Shown one piece after another: positions 1 through 11,021 of a DNA stretch of 64,000 nt (its first letter is position 1; the number at the start of each line of letters is the position of its first letter). This DNA comes from an uncultured Bacteroidota bacterium (GTDB lineage Bacteria > Bacteroidota > Ignavibacteria > UBA10030): assembly GCA_963770945.1 (NCBI GenBank), contig CAVYRP010000004.1, positions 23,901 to 87,900 on the forward strand, given 5' to 3'. A program made the translations under genes and the position numbers. The notes beneath the pieces were generated by a model. That model did not search any database. It was not told the DNA's origin and worked only from the letters and a program-made list of their open reading frames with translations.

Positions 1-569
1 GAATTAAACACTTCCGGCCTTTCCAATAAAGATGTGTAGATAAATCTCTTCGCCGCCGCATAACCTCCGTCCAGATACAAAGCTCCGATTATTGATTCAA
101 ATGCATCCGCAATGATAGATTCCGATCCGTTATCAATGGATTGCGCAGCGCTTGTGCTAAGCAATAAATAATCGGCCAAATATAAATCTTTTGAGCGCTG
201 GGCCAAAATTTTCCGATTTACCAGCCGCGAACGCAGTTTAGTCAAATTCCCCTCTTCCATTTCCGGATAGGTTTTAAAGAGATGTTCGGCAACAACAAAA
301 CTGAGAATTGCATCGCCAAGGAACTCCAGCCGCTCATTGGATTCCCATCGTTCATCAACAACCTGAAGGTACGAACGATGGATCAGCGCCTGGAGAAATA
401 GTTTCCATTTTCGAGGCCGGTATTGAAGGGCTTTTTCGAATTTGATAAAATCAAATCCGGTGGAACGGAGTTTTTCGACGAGGGACTTAACCTGCTTATC
501 CCGTGAAAAAAAAGAGAAACAAGATAGTCGAAATCGACACCAAAGCCGATTGATGATATTATTCAACAC
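1..569 (-). CDS. rnc: Ribonuclease III (3' end runs off window)
   Basis: Manual translation of the minus strand from GTG at 569 gives ...ALIHRSY...SNERLEFLGDAIL..., the RNase III signature; lies downstream of fabF. Confidence 0.93.
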   Translation of the reverse strand, partial: MLNNIINRLWCRFRLSCFSFFSRDKQVKSLVEKLRSTGFDFIKFEKALQYRPRKWKLFLQALIHRSYLQVVDERWESNERLEFLGDAILSFVVAEHLFKTYPEMEEGNLTKLRSRLVNRKILAQRSKDLYLADYLLLSTSAAQSIDNGSESIIADAFESIIGALYLDGGYAAAKRFIYTSLLERPEVFN

Positions 570-605
570 AACTCTTTCATCCCCGCTGATAACATACGGG
601 AAAGT

Positions 606-1869
606 TTAGCTTTCTTGATACCTTCTAAATAGAAGGGTTGCGTTATGACCGCCAAATCCGAACGTATTGCTGATCGCTATATTGATATTCCATTTCTGTG
701 CTTTGTTTGGAATATAATTCAAATCGCATTCCGGATCCGGAGTCTCTTGATTGATTGTCGGGTGTACTATATTAGTCTGAATCGCCATAATAGTAGCAAC
801 CGACTTCTACAACACCCGCCGCACCCAGCAGATGACCTACCATAGATTTCGTCGAATTGACGGCAATTTTTTTTGCACGTTCTCCAAAAACCGTTTTAAT
901 AGCGGCTGTTTCGCTGGGATCGCCTACAGGTGTTGATGTGCCATGGGTATTTACATGATCGACATCATCAGGCGTTAATCCTGCATTTCGAATGGCAATG
1001 CGCATAGCACGCACAGCTCCTTCCCCGCCCGGGGCAGGTTCAGTAATATGGTGCGCATCGCCTGTAAAACCATAGCCGCCCAATTCGGCATAAATTTTTG
1101 CTCCGCGTTTAACGGCATGACCAAGCTCTTCAAGGATAAGAATACCGCCGCCTTCACCCATAACAAAGCCGTCGCGATCTTTATCAAACGGCCGGCTTGC
1201 TTTTTGGGGAGCATCGTTACGCGTCGACAAAGCTCTCGATGCATTAAATCCGCCGATACCCATCGGGCAGATACTTGCCTCGCCTCCGCCCGTGACCATG
1301 ACATCGGCATTGCCGCATTGAATATGCATGCAAGCGTCCCCTATCGCATGAGAAGATGTAGCGCAAGCAGAAACTGTCGCATAGTTCGGACCTTTTAGTC
1401 CATAAATCATTGAGATACGGCCTGCAGCAATATCCGGGATCAACATGGGAATGAAGAATGGACTGATGAGCCGCGGTCCCTTTCCTTCGACATAATTCAT
1501 GAATTGCTTGTGATACGTCCACATACCGCCGATTCCGGAACCGAAGATTACACCCATGCGTTCACGATCTTCTTTTTCGAGATTCAATCCTGAATCCTTC
1601 ATCGCTTCCTGGCAGGCAGCAATTCCGTATAATGTAAACAGATCGGCACGCTGTGCAAGTTTTCGATCCATATATTTTAACGGATCGAATCCCTTTACCT
1701 CGCAGGCAAATTTTGTTTGGAAGCCGCTCGCATCAAAAAGTGTAATCGGACCCGCACCGCTTTTTCCTTCTATCAATGCTTGCCAATATTCCTGCACAGT
1801 ATTGCCGAGAGGAGTAATAACACCCATCCCCGTCACTACTACACGCCGATTGCTTCCATCCACTGCCAT
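606..1869 (-). CDS. fabF: 3-oxoacyl-ACP synthase II (frameshift near 780, ORFs 772..1989 and 606..788)
   Basis: [38 protein letters not shown]; C-terminal [10 protein letters not shown] in the second ORF; likely start ATG at 1869. Confidence 0.95.
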
Positions 1870-1941
1870 ATCTTCTTCCTCATCAATATAAAATGATACA
1901 GGGCGCGGTACACCTATCCCAGCCCCGTGATAATTATTCTG

Positions 1942-1983
1942 AAAAAGAGAGAACACTTCTGACTCAATCAAATGTTCTCTCTG
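1942..1983 (-). terminator. Intrinsic terminator-like hairpin after acpP
   Basis: AGAGAGAACA...TGTTCTCTCT inverted repeat followed by a T-tract on the minus strand. Confidence 0.65.
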
Positions 1984-2003
1984 CTGCATTACCTCAAGAG
2001 CGA

Positions 2004-2240
2004 TTATATTCCTTTTGCCTTCAGATAATTGATTACATCGCCGACACTGGCAATTTTTTCGGCATCTTCATCAGGGATTTGGATGTTGAATGCTTTCTCG
2101 AACTCCATGACCAGCTCAACTGTATCGAGCGAATCAGCACCGAGATCATTTGTGAAAGATGCTTCCGGTGTTACTTGAGCCGCATCAACGCCTAATTTTG
2201 AGACGATGATCTCTTTCACTTTCTCAGTAGAATCTGCCAT
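2004..2240 (-). CDS. acpP: Acyl carrier protein
   Basis: [12 protein letters not shown] phosphopantetheine attachment motif, 78 aa. Confidence 0.98.
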   Translation of the reverse strand: MADSTEKVKEIIVSKLGVDAAQVTPEASFTNDLGADSLDTVELVMEFEKAFNIQIPDEDAEKIASVGDVINYLKAKGI

Positions 2241-2293
2241 TGTATTACTCCTTAGATTGTTTTAAGATATTATGTTTTAGTTGATTATTTCAT

Positions 2294-3042
2294 TTACATG
2301 ACAAGTCCGCCGTCCACGTTTATCACCTGACCGGTGATGTAGCTTGCAGCCGGTGAAGCAAGAAATACTACGACACTTGCAATTTCTTCAGGTTTGGCAA
2401 TTCTTTTCATAGGAATTGCACCGGCAATAGCGTCCCGCTGCTGGGGAGTTAGTTTCTGCGTCATTTCCGTATCAATGAATCCCGGTGCTACTGCATTCAC
2501 TTGAATATTGCGAGATGCAAACTCTTTTGCAAGTGTTTTTGTAAGGCCTATTACTCCCGCTTTCGAAGCAGAATAATTTACTTGACCTGCATTGCCCATC
2601 ACTCCGACAACCGAAGCAATATTGACGATCTTTCCTTCTCTCTGGCCCAGCATCTGCCTGCTCGCAGCTTTACAAAAATTAAACGTACCTTTTAAATTAA
2701 TAGCTATGACGGAATCCCATTCATCTTCCGACATCCGCATAATCAGATTGTCCCGTGTAATTCCGGCATTGTTCACAAGAATATCGATCCGTTGATACTC
2801 TTTTACTACTGCATCAATCGTACTTTGCGCTTCGGCTAAGATTTCGCACATCCGATTGAATTGCTGTTGCTTGAACACCTTTTGCGCGAACTAAGTTCAC
2901 AACTTCGTCCGCCGCTCCTTCTAACCGGATATCGGTAAATGCTACACTGGCACCTTCGGATGCAAGTTTCAATCGCAATTTCCCGGCCGATACCGCGTGC
3001 ACCGCCTGTAACTAAAGCCACTTTTTTATCCAGAATACCCAT
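2294..3042 (-). CDS. fabG: 3-oxoacyl-ACP reductase (frameshifted in the 5' part)
   Basis: TGGARGIG in 2836..3042; NNAGITRD and YSASK in 2294..2878; fab operon context. Confidence 0.93.
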
Positions 3043-3105
3043 ATTGTTCCTTACTCTTATATAATACTGAAAATATTCTTGTATTACTTTTTAAAGATCA
3101 TTTCA

Positions 3106-4027
3106 TTAATTCGGTATTACTTCTGTGACATCACTCAATTTTTCAAATCCGCAAGTCTCAACGTTCCCGTTAATTCGTTTTATCAATCCCTGAAGCACTT
3201 TTCCGGGACCGATTTCCGTAAATTTTATCGCACCATCTGCAACCATACTTGCAATACTTTCTTCCCAGCGTACCGGACTCGTAAGCTGTTTATAAAGCAG
3301 ACTATTGATTTCATCCGCCTGACGCACCGGCCTAGCAGTAACATTTGCATAAACCGGAACGGCTGCATTGAATTATCTTAGTTTTGTCCAATGCCGCTTT
3401 TAATCCTGCTTGTGCCGACTGCATCAACGGTGAATGAAACGCACCGCTTACCGGAAGTTCTTTTGCGATTTTTGCACCGCGTGTCTTTGCAAGCTCCATC
3501 ACTTTCCGCACTCCTGTAACCGAACCGGAGATAACAATCTGACCGGGCGAATTGAAATTCGCAGCCTGTACAATACCGGCAGAAGATGCTTCAGAACATA
3601 TCTCATTAACAGTTTTCGAATCAAGGCCGACAATCGCTGCCATAGTTCCCGGTTGTTCAACACCCGATTGCTGCATCAGCTCACCGCGCAGCCGGACCAA
3701 TTTTAACCCGTCTTCAAATGTCAATGCACCTGCTGCAACCAGTGCAGAATATTCGCCGAGAGAATGCCCGGCTGCCATCTCGAATTTTTTATTTTTCATC
3801 AGAGAGAACAATACAATGCTGTGAAGAAATATTGCCGGCTGTGTGTTCTTCGTCTGTTTTAATTCTTCTTCCGGTCCGTTAAAACAAATTTTGCTTAAAG
3901 AAAAACCCAGAATCTCGTCCGCTTTATTATAAAGCGATCTGGCTTGAGTATTTCCATCATACAGGTCTTTACCCATACCGACATATTGCGAACCCTGTCC
4001 CGGAAAAACAAACGCAGTCATCGGCAT
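3106..4027 (-). CDS. fabD: Malonyl CoA-ACP transacylase (frameshift near 3370)
   Basis: FPGQGSQ, GHSLGEY, SGAFHS; C-terminal QLTSPVRW/EIGPGKVL in ORF 3106..3327. Confidence 0.95.
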
Positions 4028-4029
4028 TG

Positions 4030-5040
4030 TTACGGCTTCTCCGGATTTGCTAACGACCAATTGACCAGCGTTGCGCCCCAAGTATATCCTGCTCCAAATG
4101 CTGCAAGTACGATTTTCTGTCCTCGTTTTAATAGTCCTGACTGCCACCACTCGGACAGACAGAGTGGAATTGTTGCGGCTGTCGTATTACCGTACTTATC
4201 GATATTGATCATCACTTTGCTGCTGTCTATACCCATGCGTTCTGCTGTTGCACTAATAATGCGAAGATTTGCCTGGTGCGGAACAAGCCAGGAAATATCG
4301 CTGCCTGTCAAATGATTCCGTTTTAAAATTTCTGCAGCAACATCGGCCATCCCGACAACAGCACTCTTAAAAACCGATTTACCGTCTTGATATACGTAGT
4401 GCATTCGTTTGTCTATAGTTTCATGTGTGGCAGGATGCAGACTTCCGCCGCCTTTCATATTAAGATATTTACCGCCGGAACCATCACTATATAACCGCTG
4501 GTCCAGAATACCATATTCTTTCTCATCTGTCGGCTCAAGCAAAACAGCTGCAGCAGCATCACCAAATAAAACACATGTATTCCGGTCGGTATAATCTGTT
4601 ATGGAACTCATCTTATCGGCTCCAACGATAATAACTTTCGAATGCACGCCGGTTTCGATAAACCGCGAACCGACGCTGAGAGCATAGAGAAATCCGGAAC
4701 ACGCCGCATTAAGATCAAACGCCCATGCATTTCTGGCTCCGATTCTATCCTGTACGATGCAGGCTGTTGTCGGCAGCATCATATCGGGCGTGATAGTAGC
4801 AACAATGATCAGGTCTATCTCCGAAGCAGCGATGCCGCGATTTTTCAATACTTGCTGAACTGCCTTAGTAACTAAATCAGATGTCGCTCCTTTTTCAAGA
4901 ATATGCCGTTCACGAATACCTGTACGTGTTCGAATCCATTCATCGTTTGTATCAACCATTTTCTCAAGATCATGATTTGACAGTATCTTTTCAGGAACAT
5001 AATGACTGACTGCTGTAATTGTTGCTCGGCGTAATTCCAT
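4030..5040 (-). CDS. fabH: 3-oxoacyl-ACP synthase III
   Basis: [26 protein letters not shown] motifs. Confidence 0.97.
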   Translation of the reverse strand: MELRRATITAVSHYVPEKILSNHDLEKMVDTNDEWIRTRTGIRERHILEKGATSDLVTKAVQQVLKNRGIAASEIDLIIVATITPDMMLPTTACIVQDRIGARNAWAFDLNAACSGFLYALSVGSRFIETGVHSKVIIVGADKMSSITDYTDRNTCVLFGDAAAAVLLEPTDEKEYGILDQRLYSDGSGGKYLNMKGGGSLHPATHETIDKRMHYVYQDGKSVFKSAVVGMADVAAEILKRNHLTGSDISWLVPHQANLRIISATAERMGIDSSKVMINIDKYGNTTAATIPLCLSEWWQSGLLKRGQKIVLAAFGAGYTWGATLVNWSLANPEKP

Positions 5041-5049
5041 CTTTTCCTT

Positions 5050-6071
5050 TTTATTAAACTGAGGTTACTAATGCGTGTTTCAATTTCTCGATTTATCTGT
5101 GTGTGCGCTACTTCAGCGGCGCGAAGAATCATATTCTTGATTCCCGTTGCTGTCGAACTTCCATGGCCTATAATAGTGACACCTTTTACTCCCAATACGG
5201 GCACACCGCCTTCTTTATTCGGATCCATGTCGCTAAGGGATGCTTTAAGAGGCCATAAGGCAAGGCCGACAGCGATCTTGTTAATAAATCCCTGTTCTGC
5301 AAATTGCTTTAGCTTGCTTTTCAGAAATCCGGGCACGCTTTCGCCGAATTTCAATATGCTATTACCTGTAAAACCGTCGCACACTATGACGTCGGCTTTC
5401 GCTTTTAGAATATCCCGGCCTTCAACATTACCGATGAAGTTGAGTTTGCCTGCCGAAAGAAGTTTATATGCTTCAACGGCCGCCTCATTACCCTTCGATT
5501 TTTCCTCCCCAATATTCAGAAGCGCGACTGTAGGGCGTTCTTTCTTCCACAATAATTGTATATATGTATTTCCCATTACCGCAAACTCATAAAGCTGCTG
5601 CGCACGGCAATCGACGTTGGCACCCGCATCTAATAGTAAACATGAACCATGCTCTGCCGGGATAAATGTTCCAATTGTTGGACGGCTGACTCCTTTGATG
5701 CGTCCTAAAATAAGCGTCGCCGCTGAAAGTACCGCACCTGTATTACCGACGCTTACAAATGCATCTGCTTTCCCTTCCTGATGGAGACGCATTCCGACGG
5801 CAAGTGAAGAATCCTTCTTTTGTTTTAGTGCGGCGGTCGGTGAATCTTCCATCGTGATAGTCTGTGAGGCATGCACAATCTTAAAAGGAAGGTCGTTCGC
5901 TTTCTGCTCTATCAGCTGACGACGAATTACTTGTTCATCTCCTACGAGGATGATTTCGAATTCAGCATTTGATGTTCGGAGAACTTCAACGGCACCGGCG
6001 ATTTCGCGCCCGGGTGCATAGTCCCCTCCCATTGCATCAATTGCGATACGTAATTTCTTGGGGGATTCCAT
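5050..6071 (-). CDS. plsX: Phosphate acyltransferase PlsX (true stop probably near 5050; the ORF reads through into fabH, likely an indel)
   Basis: [39 protein letters not shown]. Confidence 0.95.
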
Positions 6072-6121
6072 GAGATTCGCTTCAGATACCGGTCGCCCGG
6101 CGCCAAAACGTATCCTGCTTG

Positions 6122-6304
6122 TTAGGTTTCCTTAGGAGTGACAATGGAGCGGCCGTTATAATATCCACAATGGGGACACGCCCGATGCTGCAGTTTTTGC
6201 TCGTGGCAATTTGGGCATTCCTGTGTTGATGGAGCCGATGCCTTGTAGTGTGTTCGGCGTTTACGTCCACGGGCTTTAGAATGTCGTCGTTTAGGATTAG
6301 GCAT
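6122..6304 (-). CDS. rpmF: 50S ribosomal protein L32
   Basis: MPNPKRRHSKAR..., CxxC/CxxC zinc ribbon, 60 aa. Confidence 0.97.
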   Translation of the reverse strand: MPNPKRRHSKARGRKRRTHYKASAPSTQECPNCHEQKLQHRACPHCGYYNGRSIVTPKET

Positions 6305-6348
6305 ATGATATTTCCTTGAATAATATTCTCTTTTTCGGTTTTAATAAG

Positions 6349-6855
6349 TTAATGAGACAGCTTCTTCAACTCGTCCCACCGTGAGTCTGTTACTTGAACA
6401 TCGCAAGTACAGGCCTCGTTATTTCTATTCACTCCGCATGCCGGACAAATCCCCAGGCACTTTTCACGACACAACAATTTCTGGGGGATAGCTAAAAGGA
6501 TATATTGCCTAACATCCTCATCCAGATCGATGTAATTCGTATCTGCAGAAAGAACCTGAATTTCCTCTTCTTCATTCAAATCAACAGTGGACCGGTCGTC
6601 CAGAACATAAAGCATTGAATAATTCTCATCTAAATGCCAGATAAAATTATCAAGACACCGATCGCAGACAAATGTCCCTTCAGCCGATATGTCAGTCTGA
6701 AGGCGAATCTGACGTAAACCCTTATCGAGTTTAACATTGACCCTTACCATTCTTCCGAACCGCTCATCCAAACCTATCTTAGAAGGTTCTGCTTCTAAGA
6801 TATGTTCGTGAATTCCTTCCGAAAGATTTGAGATATTTATCCGAAATTCAGCCAT
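6349..6855 (-). CDS. yceD: YceD/DUF177 family protein
   Basis: CDRCL and LCREKCLGICPACG motifs, DSRWDELKKL tail, upstream of rpmF. Confidence 0.9.
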   Translation of the reverse strand: MAEFRINISNLSEGIHEHILEAEPSKIGLDERFGRMVRVNVKLDKGLRQIRLQTDISAEGTFVCDRCLDNFIWHLDENYSMLYVLDDRSTVDLNEEEEIQVLSADTNYIDLDEDVRQYILLAIPQKLLCREKCLGICPACGVNRNNEACTCDVQVTDSRWDELKKLSH

Positions 6856-6939
6856 AAAACTACCATCTGAACTCCGGCTCAGCCGGAAGCCATATAAATG
6901 GTACGGGAACGAACAGACTTTTCAAAAAATACGTTTAAA

Positions 6940-6968
6940 AATATAGCTATAAACACGCAGATAATCAA
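6940..6968 (-). promoter_or_regulatory. sigma70-type promoter of the yceD-fab operon
   Basis: TTGATT-17bp-TATATT on the minus strand. Confidence 0.65.
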
Positions 6969-7295
6969 GAAAAAAGTCCATATTCGATTTTTTCATAAAA
7001 ATGTCGAGAATTTAACTGACTATTCCATTGAACATCTTCTTGAGGTTATACAACGACAATTACCGCCTGTATAAAATTGTTATAAGGGTTAACTACTTTT
7101 TCATCCTTTCGGGCTATTCCCTATTCAACAAATCGTAAGTATCCTTCTTAAGAATAAGATTCGAGAGTTATATCACATTTGAAAGGAGTCGGTGCTGCAT
7201 CTTAGCCGGCTTAGAAAGCATTGGTTTGTACGTTTAAATAAGCCATATATACAATTTATATTTAAAAATCACCCATTGTATTGCAAGGAAAGAAT

Positions 7296-7682
7296 ATGAA
7301 GATTTTATTTTTAGATGACGATCCCATCAGAACAAGAAAAGCAAGAAGTTGCTTTGCTAAGGATAAATTACACGAGGCGGAAACAGCAGAACAGGCGATA
7401 ATGCTGCTTGAAAAGCATTCTCCATACGATGCTGTAAGTTTAGACCACGATCTCGGCGGAAATATCTATTGTCCCAGCGACGAACTAAGCGGGTTTGCGG
7501 TAGCAGAATATATTTCAAAAATGCCCAAAGAGAAGATGCCAAAACAAGTTGTAGTTCATTCGTTTAATCTTTGCGGCGCTGAAAATATGAGAAAGGTGCT
7601 GCAAGGCATTGTTCCGGTTGTAAAACGGCCGTTTAATCTGAGCAACAATTTGAGCTTTATTAATAAAGCCGTTATAGGGTGA
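7296..7682 (+). CDS. Cyclic-phosphate-processing receiver-like (cREC) domain protein
   Basis: KILFLDDD, SLDHDLG, GFAVAEYI, VHSFN..GAENM pattern; stand-alone 128 aa from ATG 7296. Confidence 0.7.
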   Translation: MKILFLDDDPIRTRKARSCFAKDKLHEAETAEQAIMLLEKHSPYDAVSLDHDLGGNIYCPSDELSGFAVAEYISKMPKEKMPKQVVVHSFNLCGAENMRKVLQGIVPVVKRPFNLSNNLSFINKAVIG

Positions 7683-7818
7683 TAGGATAATTCCTACCAA
7701 CAATCATTCTTTTGCTGATATTCTTTGTATAATTAAAACAGCAATTTATAAACATAGATTCAATCAATAAATGAAAATTTGACAGGACGTCTTTGCACCG
7801 TATTATAAAGGAAGGAAT

Positions 7819-8352
7819 ATGAAATATCTGTTACGCTTCATAATATCTTTCTTAATATTGCTTGTTTTTAATTTTGATAGTTCAAACGCTCAAACGTCTC
7901 TTAGCGGTTTTCTTAACATCCCGTTTGGGACAAAAATGGAAACCGCAAAAATATTGCTTTTACAAAAACAAGGAGTGAAATTAGTCCGTCAGAGTGATAG
8001 TAACACTCTTTATTTTACAGGCTTTTCAATCGGGGCATATAAAGCCGACACCTGTATACTTGAGATCTCTCCGCAAAATGGGAGGTTCGAATCAAGTAAC
8101 TTAGTATTCTATTCGAAAGCAGAACTTCTCGAAGAAATTTATGAATTGCAATGCGCTAAGTATGGTAATCCGGCTACAACTTATACCGTGAAAAATGATG
8201 TTTTTTACAGATGGGAATTTCCTGTCAGAGGCAGTAAACACCTGAATTCAATTACGCTTCGAAACGATTCAGCAGCAGATTACTTTATACTTAGTTATAG
8301 TGGATCAGGCATGCTTTATCCAGGATGGCTGCGACAGCTCACAAAAAACTAA
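7819..8352 (+). CDS. Hypothetical secreted protein
   Basis: 177 aa ORF with AAGGAAGGA RBS and signal peptide (…SSNA/QT). Confidence 0.75.
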   Translation: MKYLLRFIISFLILLVFNFDSSNAQTSLSGFLNIPFGTKMETAKILLLQKQGVKLVRQSDSNTLYFTGFSIGAYKADTCILEISPQNGRFESSNLVFYSKAELLEEIYELQCAKYGNPATTYTVKNDVFYRWEFPVRGSKHLNSITLRNDSAADYFILSYSGSGMLYPGWLRQLTKN

Positions 8353-8456
8353 AAGTAATGCAGAAAATTTCAAATGACCGGGGTTAGGGAGACAAGAAAT
8401 CCGGGACATCAATTGATAGAATAGATTGCGGTATTTAAAATTTAACGGAGGTTACG

Positions 8457-8573
8457 ATGAAAGGAAGTATGGTTTATTTTCTACTGTCCGCCCTGTTGTT
8501 TTCAACTGCCATGACAGTTGTTTATACCAAGGTTAATAAACAAAAGACTAATTTCGACGAGCTTTTTGTTTAA
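8457..8573 (+). CDS. Small hydrophobic protein (38 aa, MKGSMVYFLLSALLFSTAMTVVYTKVNKQKTNFDELFV)
   Basis: GGAGG Shine-Dalgarno just upstream of ATG; single hydrophobic segment; below the ORF-track cutoff. Confidence 0.55.
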   Translation: MKGSMVYFLLSALLFSTAMTVVYTKVNKQKTNFDELFV

Positions 8574-8679
8574 AAATGTTGATAGTTTTTAGTTAAAATG
8601 ATATGCTAATTAAGTGATATCGGTTTTGTTATCACTGGCAGGTTTTTATATTTTATTGATCAAATAGACGAAGAATCAG

Positions 8680-8706
8680 AAAGCGGCAATGTTGCCGCTT
8701 TTTTTA
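8680..8706 (+). terminator. Intrinsic terminator
   Basis: AAGCGGCAA-TG-TTGCCGCTT followed by TTTTT. Confidence 0.75.
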
Positions 8707-8821
8707 TTGTTGAAATTCGCCTGAATTAAGCGCCGGCTTCTGCAGGCTATCGGTGCTCCATCGATGCTCAATAATTGCAAGATAACGCAAATTAAAATTC
8801 ATTGAGCCGGACTATTTTCGA

Positions 8822-8989
8822 TTAATCCTTTTTCTTGCTTTTGGGTGCTGTCTCTTTTGGCTTAGGCAAGCTCGTCTTCTTGCCATTCGTCCACAGGCCG
8901 CGGGAGTTTGCCCTTATCTGGGCGACTATTAATGCCTTTTCTTCAGCTTCGCTAGGGGTGAGTAAAAAATGTGTAATAGGATTCGGCAT
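8822..8989 (-). CDS. Small basic protein (55 aa, MPNPITHFLLTPSEAEEKALIVAQIRANSRGLWTNGKKTSLPKPKETAPKSKKKD)
   Basis: GGAG RBS upstream of ATG 8989; Lys/Pro-rich tail; below the ORF-track cutoff. Confidence 0.55.
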   Translation of the reverse strand: MPNPITHFLLTPSEAEEKALIVAQIRANSRGLWTNGKKTSLPKPKETAPKSKKKD

Positions 8990-9178
8990 GTTGTTACTCC
9001 ATCAATGTGGTATAACAATATACGGAATTTTACTATAATAAACCGCTCGTCAGGCAACTATTCGGACATTTTAAATCTTTCTATCTAAAAATACAATCTT
9101 ATGACCAACATAGTCTAAGCAGTAACCAACAGTCAAATCTGTGACAATCGTATCCTCTACTCTCTATGCGGCGTATTG

Positions 9179-9529
9179 TTAGACAACTCCCAGAGTATCC
9201 ATTGATGCTTTGGGAGTACTTTCCTGCAATATTGCTCTTCGCCCGCAGGCCTTAACACAATCACCACAGCCGCCGCAAAGTTTTTGATCAATTTCCGCTT
9301 TTTTATTTTTAACAGAAAGGGCATTATGCTGGCATTTACGAATGCATTTTCCACAGCCATTGCATTTAGTGAGATCAATTATCAATGTCTTTTTCTCGTC
9401 TGTAAAGGCTTTGCATTTCAGGTTTATAAATGCCATTCCGATAACCGCCAACAGACCGAAAGATTTTCTTAAAAACTCCCTTCTTTCAATTCTCTGATTT
9501 TCTACTCTTTGGTTATCGTCATCGGTCAT
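9179..9529 (-). CDS. 2x[4Fe-4S] ferredoxin-like protein with Tat-like leader
   Basis: CNGCGKCIRKC and CGGCGDCVKAC clusters; ERREFL + hydrophobic stretch; start uncertain (ORF track begins at 9670). Confidence 0.8.
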   Translation of the reverse strand: MTDDDNQRVENQRIERREFLRKSFGLLAVIGMAFINLKCKAFTDEKKTLIIDLTKCNGCGKCIRKCQHNALSVKNKKAEIDQKLCGGCGDCVKACGRRAILQESTPKASMDTLGVV

Positions 9530-9804
9530 TTTTTGAATTTTTATTGTTGGGACATAATTTAAAGTTTTATTGTGAACATCCTGTTGAGCCAACGGGGGAG
9601 TTTTCGCGCCAATATAAATCAACTTCGTCGATTTTATTCTTTGAGTATTTTTCATTAAATATCCGACCATTGTATTTTATATAAATAGGCGGTGTATGCG
9701 TATGACTTCGATTAAATAGTGTTGGTTTTATAATTATATTTATTTGGAGAATATTTCAGAAATTAGCACCGCATTTATTAATAAACGTGATGCCATAAAA
9801 ATAG

Positions 9805-10116
9805 TTTCATTTTATAAAATATTATTTTCCAAATTCATATTACTCTCTCTATCAGAACTTTCCTAACCCTTTCAATCCAGCAACAGCTATAAATTATAGC
9901 CTGCCAACACGCAATCGTGTGCATTTATTCGTGTACAACATTCTTGGACAGGTGATATCGGATCTTGTTAATACTGAACAAAACGTCGGGATGCAGTCTG
10001 TTGTCTGGAATGCAAACGTATCGTCAGGATTATATTTCTATAGACTTGAAGCTGCATCGCTGGACAATCCAGGCAAGCGATTTGTGGAGACCAAGAAGGT
10101 GATTCTTTCGCGATAG
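9805..10116 (+). pseudogene. Orphan T9SS/secretion C-terminal sorting domain remnant
   Basis: Frame reads YSLYQNFPNPFNPATAINY...VYNILGQ...SSGLYFYRL...TKKVIL; in-frame TAG at 9802 and no start codon before the domain. Confidence 0.75.
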
Positions 10117-10155
10117 ACAATAGATACAAAACCCCGTCAGTTGTGGCGGAATTTA

Positions 10156-10557
10156 TTATATTTTGCCTTGAACATACGGTATGTAATTACGATCAACTTT
10201 AAGAATATGATTCAGAAATAGATCAGTCATAAATTTTAACAAATTAATAGCGAAAGCCTGCTCTTTGCGTTCATATTCCAGCTTAAACTTTTCCACCTGA
10301 CGGATTGCTTCAAGATGTTCACTTTTATGTTTTTCGATATCCGGAAAATTATACATTTTCATAAAACGTTCTTCGGTATTAAAGTGAACAGTCACGTATT
10401 GCTGTAACTCTTTCAATACCTGTTCGACAATATCGTCATCTTTGTTCTGCTGCACAGCATCGTGCAATAGGTTAAGGGCAGCGACATATTTCCGGTGCTG
10501 TTCGTCGATTATTTTTACTCCAACCGAGAAGGATTCGTTCCATTCTATAAGTGGCAT
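10156..10557 (-). CDS. Bacteriohemerythrin
   Basis: W..SFSVG..IDEQH, HFNTEE, HKSEH, HILKVD di-iron ligands. Confidence 0.93.
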   Translation of the reverse strand: MPLIEWNESFSVGVKIIDEQHRKYVAALNLLHDAVQQNKDDDIVEQVLKELQQYVTVHFNTEERFMKMYNFPDIEKHKSEHLEAIRQVEKFKLEYERKEQAFAINLLKFMTDLFLNHILKVDRNYIPYVQGKI

Positions 10558-10674
10558 AGTTAAATGTAAAATATTCAATAAGGAATTGCAACTTACATTT
10601 ATATAGACAATAAGAACGAATTATAGGCGATTCTCATAATTCAGAGTATTTTCGATTCAAGAATAAAAGAGACA

Positions 10675-10872
10675 ATGTCCATCGGCAATATTTCTATTTT
10701 TCAGCAGGATTACGAAGTCAAGCCAATCATTACTGGTGGAGGTTTTTGTTGCGTAGATACATCTATTAACCAATTCGACAAAGACGTCCTCATTATAGCT
10801 GCAATGGGCATAGATATGAAAATGGGAATTGATAATCCAAATGGAATGCAGCGGCATATTATCTTGGATTAA
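10675..10872 (+). CDS. Hypothetical small protein
   Basis: 65 aa ATG ORF in an otherwise empty intergenic region, with a hairpin/T-tract downstream at about 10959-10982. Confidence 0.4.
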   Translation: MSIGNISIFQQDYEVKPIITGGGFCCVDTSINQFDKDVLIIAAMGIDMKMGIDNPNGMQRHIILD

Positions 10873-10992
10873 GTATTATTCCGAAACCTAAAACTCCAAA
10901 TACATATTTGAATATTTCTACAAATACAAAAATCGATGGTGAGTATAGTTAAAGAAATGCCCGGTGATAAGCAGGGCTTTTTAAGTTGAGGA

Positions 10993-11021
10993 TTGCTTCA
11001 CCGGAATCATATTATTATATT
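10993..11021 (+). promoter_or_regulatory. sigma70-type promoter upstream of tRNA-Pro
   Basis: TTGCTT-17bp-TATATT. Confidence 0.55.

Noticed and set aside
606-6071. Programmed frameshifting in fab genes
   Set aside because: No consistent slippery sites or stimulators; the breaks are scattered like sequencing indels
9560-9730. attC-like site upstream of the ferredoxin
   Set aside because: Core sites do not fit RYYYAAC/GTTRRRY and the dyad symmetry is weak
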